The notes under the pieces: model-generated | What the model saw: only the letters and a program-made list of their open reading frames with translations | Database searches by the model: none | Told to the model about the DNA's origin: nothing | Made by a program: the position numbers and the translations under genes | Part shown: positions 1-7,320 of the stretch, piece after piece | Layout: the number at the start of each line of letters is the position of its first letter | Numbering within the stretch: position 1 is the stretch's first letter | Assembly: GCA_030036985.1 (NCBI GenBank) | Contig: JASHSD010000109.1 | Span: 1-28,287, forward strand | DNA: 28,287 nucleotides | Origin: Bryobacteraceae bacterium | GTDB taxonomy: Bacteria > Acidobacteriota > Terriglobia > Bryobacterales > Bryobacteraceae | Reading direction: 5' to 3'

Positions 1-26
1 AATCAGTTAATCAAGGAGCCATGTAA

Positions 27-1028
27 ATGAACAAAGCCGATCAGGATTACGCGCAGCCGCTGGGTCTCGACGTCGGGACCAGCCGTATCGTAGCGGCGCG
101 CTTCATCGACAAAAAATATCAGTACGAATCGCAGCTCAACGCATTTATCACATTGCCGTATTCGGCTCTGGCGGAAAGTATGTTGCGGCGCGACAACGTT
201 TTCCACGAGGTCCGGCACGGGGAAATCGTGGTGGCCGGCGACGATGCCGCGAAATTCGCCGAGGTCTTCCATGTCGAGACGCGGCGGCCGATGGCGAACG
301 GCGTACTGAATCCGCGCGAGCCGCACAGTCTGCCGGTAGTGCGGAGCATCGTCGCCAAACTGATCGGAACGGGCGCAAGCGCGAAGCAGAAGGTTTTCTT
401 CAGCGTGCCGGCGCCGGTGGAAGGCAGCGACAACTCGATCGCTTACCATCAGGCCGCCGTCGGACAAATTCTGACGGATCTGGGTTACGTCGCCACGCCC
501 ATTACCGAAGGATTGGCCGTGGTCTTCGGCGAACTTGCCGAGACCAATTTCAGCGGCATCGGCATCTCCTGCGGTAGTGGTTTGTGCAACGTCTGCCTGG
601 CGGTGCTTTCTGTTCCCGTGATCTCCTTCAGTGTGTCCAAGGCCGGCGATTTCATCGACAACCAGGCCGCGCTCGTGACGGGCGATCTGGCCATCCGCAT
701 GCGGCTCGAGAAGGAAAAATCGTTCCACCTGAACGGGTTTACCGGCGACAGGGTGCACGATGCGCTGAATGTTTACTACCAGGAAGTGCTGGTGAACCTT
801 GTGCAGACGCTGCGCAGGCAAATTTCATCGGCCGAACGCCGCCCCAGTTTCGACCAGGCGATTCCGCTGGTATTGAGCGGAGGAACAGCCGTACCGCAGG
901 GTTTCCTCGATCAATTCACGAAGGTCCTCCGGAGTCATGAATTGCCGGTCAGGTTGTCGGAGGTGCGCCTCTCTCCCGACCCGCTCAACTCCACGGCCCG
1001 CGGCGCACTGATGGCCGCGCTCTGCTAA
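27..1028 (+). CDS. Actin-fold (ASKHA; MreB/MamK/ParM-like) ATPase
   Basis: 333 aa ORF with phosphate-1 motif GLDVGTS, phosphate-2-like GISCGSG, adenosine motif VLSGGTA and C-terminal connect-2 STARGA. ATG directly follows an upstream TAA (24-26), suggesting it ends an operon entering from the left. Confidence 0.8.
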   Translation: MNKADQDYAQPLGLDVGTSRIVAARFIDKKYQYESQLNAFITLPYSALAESMLRRDNVFHEVRHGEIVVAGDDAAKFAEVFHVETRRPMANGVLNPREPHSLPVVRSIVAKLIGTGASAKQKVFFSVPAPVEGSDNSIAYHQAAVGQILTDLGYVATPITEGLAVVFGELAETNFSGIGISCGSGLCNVCLAVLSVPVISFSVSKAGDFIDNQAALVTGDLAIRMRLEKEKSFHLNGFTGDRVHDALNVYYQEVLVNLVQTLRRQISSAERRPSFDQAIPLVLSGGTAVPQGFLDQFTKVLRSHELPVRLSEVRLSPDPLNSTARGALMAALC

Positions 1029-1041
1029 GTTCACATTGGAC

Positions 1042-1059
1042 ACGCGACTTCAGTCGCGT
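1042..1059. terminator. Short GC hairpin between convergent genes (possible bidirectional terminator)
   Basis: ACGCGAC-TTCA-GTCGCGT perfect 7-bp stem between the convergent stops at 1028 and 1132. No clear U-tract. Confidence 0.3.
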
Positions 1060-1101
1060 CTCGGCAACGCTCTTACTGGGCCGCGAGCCGCGCGTCCAAT
1101 T

Positions 1102-1130
1102 TTACTGAGCCGCGCGCGTAAGCAAGCGGT
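1102..1130 (+). repeat. REP-like intergenic repeat unit
   Basis: TTACTGAGCCGCGCGCGTAAGCAAGCGGT, with a partial degenerate copy just upstream (TTACTGGGCCGCGAGCCGCGCGT, ~1074-1095). From memory it resembles the GAGCCGCG..AGCGG intergenic repeats of Acidobacteria/Planctomycetes; not verified. Confidence 0.35.
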
Positions 1131-1131
1131 T

Positions 1132-2133
1132 TCAGAATTCGACCGGGTGAGGTTTCAGTTCCCCTCTGCTGTACATCCGCGGAAGCGCGGCGTCGTTGTT
1201 CTCCCACACGATGAGCATCGAGCGCTTGGGCGAATAACCCTTATGGCGAATATCGGCGGGCATGGCGGCCACATCGCCCGCCTTCATGGTGACCTTCGCG
1301 CGCGGCGCGCCGGTGTTCTTGTCGTCCACATCCCAGATGATCTCGTCGGTGGCCTGAATAAACCACTCCACGCGATCGTTGCCGTGCATGATCGGAAGCG
1401 CATGCTCCTCGGTGGTGGCGCAGAACTGGCTGTCATGCACGCAGGAAACCACCGAAGGATTCCACGTCACGTCCGACCGCGAAACATACGCGAACATGTT
1501 GAACGCATGCACCTGGCCTTCAAAACCGGGCGCCGCGTGAATCTCCGGCAGATCCTGCGGCACATCCGTGAACTGGCGGTTGACCGGGTAGCCGTCGATA
1601 TCGGTGCGGTACCCGAGATCGCCGGGCAGCCCAACCATCCTGGTCGCCACCATCCGCTGCCGCTTGAGCGCTTTTGTGTTGCTGCCGTGTTTGCGCCCAT
1701 AGGCAAGGCCCGTTTCATCCGGCGCGGCGTAGGGATCGAAGCCCTCGTTGGTCCAATCGTCCAGCATGGCCTCGAAGACCTTCCTAAGGTCGGGCGAATC
1801 GAAGTTTTCGACGAAATCGCGATGCGCCTTGCGGAAGGCGTCGTTGAACATGCCGATGAACATCTCGACCGTGCCGTAGTGGTTCAATGTGCCGAAGACG
1901 TGATCGAAATTCACCGTGCCATAGAAAAAGCCCCAGCCGACATCGCGCATCAGCGCGCGCAGGAAGGCGTCGACCGGCATGATGTGCTGATTGCCGGGAT
2001 AGTGGATGTGGGCGAAATACTGGTCGCGTTCGAAACGAAAACTGCCGATCGCGAACGTCTGATAGCCAAGCGGATTGGCAACGGGATTGGCGATGATCGC
2101 CGCCTTCGATGGGGACATTGTTTGCGTGGCCAT
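1132..2133 (-). CDS. hapD: Hydroquinone 1,2-dioxygenase large subunit (HapD/PnpD/HqdB family)
   Basis: Start reassigned to ATG 2133 (MATQTM, AGGGAG RBS), 333 aa. Family signatures FLRALMRDVGWGFFYGTVNFDHVFGT and cupin Fe(II) ligands in LPIMHGNDRVEWF...IRHKGYS. Confidence 0.88.
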   Translation of the reverse strand: MATQTMSPSKAAIIANPVANPLGYQTFAIGSFRFERDQYFAHIHYPGNQHIMPVDAFLRALMRDVGWGFFYGTVNFDHVFGTLNHYGTVEMFIGMFNDAFRKAHRDFVENFDSPDLRKVFEAMLDDWTNEGFDPYAAPDETGLAYGRKHGSNTKALKRQRMVATRMVGLPGDLGYRTDIDGYPVNRQFTDVPQDLPEIHAAPGFEGQVHAFNMFAYVSRSDVTWNPSVVSCVHDSQFCATTEEHALPIMHGNDRVEWFIQATDEIIWDVDDKNTGAPRAKVTMKAGDVAAMPADIRHKGYSPKRSMLIVWENNDAALPRMYSRGELKPHPVEF

Positions 2134-2165
2134 GCGGTTTCTCCCTGTGAATGCCGGCCCAACTT

Positions 2166-2666
2166 CTAGCCTTGGGTCTGGCAGATTTCGTTCCAGCGCT
2201 GGATCGTGAAATCGCCGAGGATGGTCTGCTGCAGCATCACGCCGGGTTTGGCGCTGCGGAACTGATAAGCCGCCCCTTTCGGCAGCAGGGTCATGTGGCC
2301 GCGGCGGGCCTTCACCCATCCCATCTTTGTTCCTTTGGGTTCGGCGTCGAGCTGCACCGAGCCTTCCTTGCCTTCGGGCACGAGCGGCTCGTCAGGCTGC
2401 AGCAAGTGAACCTCGATTTCGCCATCCATCACCAGTACGGCTTCGTCATGCGCGTTGGAATACCACGGCGAATCGCCCTCCGCGCGGATGGCTTCGATAA
2501 CGTACTTCAGATTCTTGCCCACTGCGACTTTTTCATACGGTTTCGATTTGGACGCCACTTCGAAGCAATTGGAAAAGCAGTAGTGCTTGGGATCGGCGTC
2601 GATGACCTGGACGCCGCCCTTTTCATAATGATCGAGCGAGCCGAAAACCGTGTGATAACCGCCCAT
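2166..2666 (-). CDS. hapC: Hydroquinone 1,2-dioxygenase small subunit (HapC/PnpC/HqdA family)
   Basis: Start reassigned to ATG 2666 (MGGYHT, AGGAGG RBS), 166 aa. TVFGSLDHYEKGGVQVI..DPKHYCFSNCFEVASKSKPYEKVAVGKNL, directly upstream of the large subunit. Confidence 0.85.
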   Translation of the reverse strand: MGGYHTVFGSLDHYEKGGVQVIDADPKHYCFSNCFEVASKSKPYEKVAVGKNLKYVIEAIRAEGDSPWYSNAHDEAVLVMDGEIEVHLLQPDEPLVPEGKEGSVQLDAEPKGTKMGWVKARRGHMTLLPKGAAYQFRSAKPGVMLQQTILGDFTIQRWNEICQTQG

Positions 2667-2827
2667 TTCGCGCCTCCTGATGTTCGTGGACAATGCAAGG
2701 TTATGCGAAAACCGGGTCGGTGGCTTGCAGAAATCCGGCAGGATTGAACAGAATCATGCGGAGGACAAATATTGCTTCGACCGTTGCACCATCGTGTCCG
2801 AACGTCGAATCAGTGAAACTGTTGAAC

Positions 2828-2887
2828 TGGTGCCCAGGGCGGGACTTGAACCCGCACCCTCCTTGCGGAAGAACGGATTTTAAGTCC
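2828..2887 (-). tRNA. 3' fragment of tRNA-Leu(TAA), not a complete gene; att-site duplication
   Basis: Minus strand reads GGA-CTTAAAA-TCCGT (anticodon TAA), long variable arm with GCAA loop, T-arm GCGGG-TTCAAGT-CCCGC, acceptor 3' strand CCTGGGC-A-CCA. Sequence 5' of this (plus 2888 onward, AAACCATTCATTTTAC) has no D-arm or 5' acceptor strand. Confidence 0.9.
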
Positions 2888-3126
2888 AAACCATTCATTT
2901 TACATCAGTTATTGGCAGTCTGCCGGAGTTACCCAGAGTTATGCAGACATTGGACTTGCAGCGTCCGGTGCCCTAGCTGAGTTTTGATCAGATCCGACGA
3001 TTTCGGCGGAGTTCGCACACTACCCGCACACAGCCCGGCACGGCCGTATTTGCCGCATCTGGTCTAACCCCGGGCCGTCGCGAAGTTCGTTTGATGAGAT
3101 TGTTCAACGCGGGTTATAAATCTGGT

Positions 3127-3369
3127 ATGTCCTCTCCCGGCGCCAGTTCATTTTCGTCTGAAGGCAGCACTCGTCTACGGCTTCTTAACGTAAAAGAGGT
3201 AGCCAAGAGACTCGACCTATCGCTCCCGAGGGTTTACGAACTGGCCCGCGGTGGCATCCTTCCAGTTGTACGGCTCGGGAGACAGATTCGCGTGGACGAA
3301 GGCCGCCTGATCGCGTGGATCAATGACGGCGGAAGGGCGTTGCCGGGCGGCTGGAGGCGCGACCCCTGA
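3127..3369 (+). CDS. Excisionase / HTH_17-type small DNA-binding protein
   Basis: 80 aa from ATG 3127 (start uncertain; ORF opens at 3091). LLNVKEVAKRLDLSLPRVYELARGGILPVVRLGRQIRV is the typical xis/MerR-like wHTH pattern, ~240 bp inside the att fragment. Confidence 0.8.
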   Translation: MSSPGASSFSSEGSTRLRLLNVKEVAKRLDLSLPRVYELARGGILPVVRLGRQIRVDEGRLIAWINDGGRALPGGWRRDP

Positions 3370-4646
3370 TGTCTACCGGATACATCTCAAGGGGGTAAGG
3401 CGGCTACGGATTCAAAGACAGCGATGTGTCCCTGTCAGCCTTGGCCTCGGCAACAATGGTCCACGGTGGTCAATTGGGTCGCCACCGCCTCAATCAGTTT
3501 CGCGGCCGAGGATTCCGGGGATGAGTAAAAGTGGGTCCACCCAGAGAGCTGTGTTGGTCCAGTGATAGTTACAGCTATTTCGACTGCCGCTGCGGCGCGC
3601 GTGGCTGGCGGAGTTTGGCCATGATTACTAAGGTCACGGTTTCGGTTTCGTGGAATACCCGAACCGCTAATTTCGCTCTGTGGTGGCCCGTGAATGCGTG
3701 CATGTGTGGACCGCGATCCATCTAGTACGCCAGACGCACGTTGCGGAGGAGGGCTTGGCTGATGTTGTCAGCCATAGTAAGTGAAGTCGCAGCGTGGACT
3801 GCACTACGCCGTTTTGGAGCAGCGGATGGAGAAGAATCCCGATCCTGTTTATGGGCCCGGCTTCCGCTCGATCCATGCGACCGTGGACTATCGGGGGTTA
3901 AGGCAGTACATCCGTTCGTTGCAGGCATCGTAAAACGTTTCTGATTCAACTTTCTGCCGCTTTGTTCCGAAAACGGGACCCGGGTCGCATATGCGTGCAT
4001 GGCCGAAGCGTGTTTCGCTTCGGCTTCCCCGGTTCAGGCTCGCGAGTGCAAAGAAAGGAACTTTATGAGATCCACACTCGCAGTTGCCTCTCTTGTCGCG
4101 ATTGACATAAGCCGGTTTTCTACGACTACGTCCGAGCTTGTTGCCGGAAGTCTGTCGCTGGGGCGAGTTTTATTGGGAAACGCGCGACACTTTCCTCGTT
4201 GGCGTCGCGCTGCTGCCGTGCGCCGATGCATTGCTCGCGCCGGCAGCGTTGTACGCTACGAGCGCCTCGGTGAATTCCAGCGGGCCTCTGCAACGCCCGG
4301 CGTGACGTAGTGATAGCTGTGCTGCTTGGCTTTCTGCGTGACGAGGAAGAAGACGAAATATGTGTGGAGAGCATTAGCGGGCCGGTGCAGCTTCCTCGGA
4401 AATCGAGGAATGGCGAGTCAGTCGGCCAGCGTTTTCGGGCCTCCACGCCCTCGTGCCAGAACGAGGAAGATACGCGCCGGTTTTTACATTTTGCCCAAAG
4501 CCGCCGGTCAGACCTGCTCATTTCGGCCGAAAAATCTCTCCGATACGACGTATAGCCAATTGAGACGCTGAGTGGCCGATTAACCCGGCCCTCAAGCGTC
4601 ATCGCTGAAAATCCGCGCCTCAATGCGTGGATGGAAGGAGTTGGCT

Positions 4647-5484
4647 ATGCACATTTCGCCCACCTGGGTTCTGCGAACAGTTGGTCTCGCAGCGTCGCTG
4701 AACGCTCATTTCGCTTTCGCTGCTGACGACGGATTTCATTTCGGGCTGGAACTCCGCCCGGTGGAAATCCAGTCCTTCCCCGACTATCTGCCGCAAATTG
4801 GCAATATCTCCGTCTCGCTTCGCACGGTGCCGATCCATTCCGGTGATCCGGGCGCAGGCAATCCCGCCGTCGTTCCCGCGAACGCGGTCCAGCCAGGATC
4901 GTACGTGCCCTTCAGCTTCTCTGCGGCGCCAGAAATCGGATATCAACCTTGGACCTTCCGTGGAGGAGTGATTTTCTCTCCCGCCGCGCTGAGACCGCAG
5001 CCCGAGGAAGCATCCTCAGGCTCAACACAAGAGTTCAACTACATTCAGGGTGGCAACAGCCGCGGCTACGGCGCCGCACTGGTTTACTATGCGGGACTCG
5101 TCCGTCCGGCCCGCACGTCCGGCGTCTTCGGCGAGGCCGAAATTCGCTTGGACGCCGGCTTTTCAGTCATCCTCGGCTACCGGCGCTCGACTGAGAACGT
5201 CGAAATTCAGCAGGGCTGGGACCGTTATGACGCCCTCGAGACGTACAAGACGCTGCGGCTTTCTTCGGATGCGCTGCAACAGCCCTATGCTGGGATTCGC
5301 TGGATTGTGCGCTCCGGGCAGGTGTTCAACCCGAGCGTGTACTTCGTCGGAGGCCCGGCGCTGCTTGCTGACACGCCCAACCCCTTCGGCAACGGGAGCC
5401 ACAATTCAGTACGCGTCGAACCCGTATTTTATCGGGGTCGGCGTTAGTCTCGCGTGGGACTGGCACAGCGGTAGGAAGCAGTGA
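4647..5484 (+). pseudogene. Exported outer-membrane beta-barrel-like protein, frameshifted near the 3' end
   Basis: ATG 4647 with AAGGAG RBS and a signal peptide ending AFA. Alternating amphipathic strands (FHFGLELRP, WTFRGGVIF, FSVILGYRR, PYAGIRWIV). The frame stops at 5447, while a barrel-type terminal strand PYFIGVGVSLAWDW lies in an overlapping frame ending at 5484. Confidence 0.6.
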
Positions 5485-5628
5485 GGTATTCCCGATGCGA
5501 AACCTGAAAATGATCGGGCGACCCGCGACCGGACTCACCCGCACTGACTGCGCCCCAGGCCAGCGTGCACGCGACTTCTCGCAACAGCGGCGAGAGCGCT
5601 GCAAGAGAGTGTGCGCTCCGAAGCGACT

Positions 5629-5656
5629 TGTGATAATCTTAACAATCCCGTTTGTT
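5629..5656 (+). promoter_or_regulatory. Possible extended -10 element and AACAA-N6-TTGTT inverted repeat upstream of the E2/JAB/E1 operon
   Basis: TGTGATAAT at 5629-5637 and AACAA-TCCCGT-TTGTT at 5641-5656, upstream of the GAGGTG RBS of the gene starting at 5674. Confidence 0.25.
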
Positions 5657-5673
5657 TTGAACGAGGTGTATCT

Positions 5674-6345
5674 ATGGCACTAATCATTCCATTGACGCAG
5701 TGCGCCTCTGGCTCTGAGCCCAACACGGACAATGAAGCCCTGAAGGAAAAGCGCCGCAAAATTAAGGAAGCGCTGCTGAACAACCAGCAGATCAAGGTGA
5801 CACCTCAGGGGAATTTGGCGACCAACCCCCAGGATACTGGAATCGTCGTGCCGGAAGGGAAGCTGGCTTCGTTTTACTGGTATGAAGCTGATCCTGACCT
5901 TTATCGCGCCGAGATGGAGGCGATGCGAAGGTACTTTCCCACGTTCCGGCTCGACAAGGAGTCCGACGGACGGTTGTCTTGGGTCGGTCCAGTGACGCCG
6001 GGACTGATAGGAAGGCATCCGAGAACCTATACACTCCAAGCTGTGTACGACCATTCGCATCCTTCGAATGATACCTACGGAGGTTCCGTGAAGGTATACT
6101 CGGTCGATCCCGACCTGGAGGAAGTGGCGGACGGCGAGAGAATACCGCATACGCTCCGGGACAGCGAAAACGAACTTTATATTTGCACGGCGCGAAAAGA
6201 GGATGTCAGGGCGGGAACAAGCGCTGGTAGTACGGTCACAACGGCCGCGGTTGCAATTAGCTGGGCAGTAAAGTGGCTATCCGTCTTCGAGCTTTGGTTG
6301 AATGACGAGGTTTCTGACGAAGAGTTTCAGGGGCATGCATTCTGA
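5674..6345 (+). CDS. Prokaryotic E2 (ubiquitin-conjugating fold)-like protein with ~65 aa N-terminal extension
   Basis: Start reassigned to ATG 5674 (GAGGTG RBS), 223 aa. E2-like succession: helix (LYRAEMEAMRRYFP), strands (LSWVG, YTLQAVY), HP turn, then IPH(159)...LYIC(171), matching HPN...GxICL with a putative catalytic Cys171 (6184-6186). JAB and E1 genes follow. Confidence 0.72.
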   Translation: MALIIPLTQCASGSEPNTDNEALKEKRRKIKEALLNNQQIKVTPQGNLATNPQDTGIVVPEGKLASFYWYEADPDLYRAEMEAMRRYFPTFRLDKESDGRLSWVGPVTPGLIGRHPRTYTLQAVYDHSHPSNDTYGGSVKVYSVDPDLEEVADGERIPHTLRDSENELYICTARKEDVRAGTSAGSTVTTAAVAISWAVKWLSVFELWLNDEVSDEEFQGHAF

Positions 6346-6351
6346 GGGACT

Positions 6352-7305
6352 ATGTTCTCAAGCCCCGCCATTTATCTCAGCGATCGATCCTACACGGACA
6401 TCCTGAATGAGACCTCCCAGCACCTCGACACGGAAACCGGTGGCGTGCTGATCGGGGAATGTCGGCAAAACAAGTGGTTCGTCGTCGAGTCGATTGATCC
6501 GGGGCCGAAAGCGGTTCTCCAGCACTCTTATTTTGAGTACGACCAAGCCTACGTCAATCACCTTTCCAACAAGGTGCGACGACGTTACGCGGCGCCCCTC
6601 AGGCTGCTGGGGCTTTGGCACCGGCATCCAGGTAGCTTCGATCGGTTCTCGGGGACGGACGACGGAACGCACCGCCGATACATTCAGCAATGCAACGGAG
6701 TCATCATCTCGGGATTGGTGAACATCGACCCGACGTTTCGCTTCACTTTTTATTTTGTTGACGGCGAGCCACCTCACCACCAGAGGACCGACTACGCTGT
6801 CGGTGACCAGCATTTCCCGCCCGATCTTCTGCGGACCCTCGATGAGCGGACGCTTATTGGCAGGGTGAACGGATCTTCTGATCTGCCACATAGACCAGTC
6901 CAGGAACTGCAGATCATCGACAAGCGCCCGGCATCTTCCGCACTGATGGAACACATTGTGAATCCGATCAGGGATTTGTTTGGCGTTCAAACTCAAACAA
7001 CCGCTGTCGATGCGAGGGAGATGCCCCAAGCAGTCGTTGATGGCGTTGCGAACGTGGCTCTGGAAATGCTCGACGAGGAGCTCGCGTATCTCGACTCGCA
7101 GCGGGATTTTGAATACGAACTAGAGATGTCCCCACGCGGCGTGCTACTAACGATGCAGAAGCTTTCTGGCTTTAGGGGCGCTGGACAAGGCGTGAGATTC
7201 TTATTTACGGTCGAGGATCAGCAGCGCATCGTCAGGTACGGAACCCACTCATATGCGTTTCGCAAGGGAATTGTCGAAGAAGTCATTGGGCAGATGTTTT
7301 ACTGA
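6352..7305 (+). CDS. JAB/MPN+ (JAMM) metalloprotease with C-terminal extension
   Basis: Complete JAMM motif: E28 (ETGGVLIG) and H90-x-H92-x7-S100-x2-D103 (LGLWHRHPGSFDRFSGTDD). About 170 extra C-terminal residues are unassigned. Confidence 0.9.
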   Translation: MFSSPAIYLSDRSYTDILNETSQHLDTETGGVLIGECRQNKWFVVESIDPGPKAVLQHSYFEYDQAYVNHLSNKVRRRYAAPLRLLGLWHRHPGSFDRFSGTDDGTHRRYIQQCNGVIISGLVNIDPTFRFTFYFVDGEPPHHQRTDYAVGDQHFPPDLLRTLDERTLIGRVNGSSDLPHRPVQELQIIDKRPASSALMEHIVNPIRDLFGVQTQTTAVDAREMPQAVVDGVANVALEMLDEELAYLDSQRDFEYELEMSPRGVLLTMQKLSGFRGAGQGVRFLFTVEDQQRIVRYGTHSYAFRKGIVEEVIGQMFY

Positions 7306-7320
7306 CGGTGAAGCACTCTT

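Noticed and set aside
1036-2169. Long antisense ORFs (e.g. 3-821 -, 1036-2169 +, 6358-7029 -, 7786-8436 -, 20025-20645 +, 23235-24164 +)
   Set aside because: They are shadow frames of well-supported genes on the opposite strand in GC-rich DNA and show no motifs.
2821-2920. Complete tRNA-Leu gene
   Set aside because: D-arm and 5' acceptor strand are missing; only the 3' 60 nt are tRNA-like.
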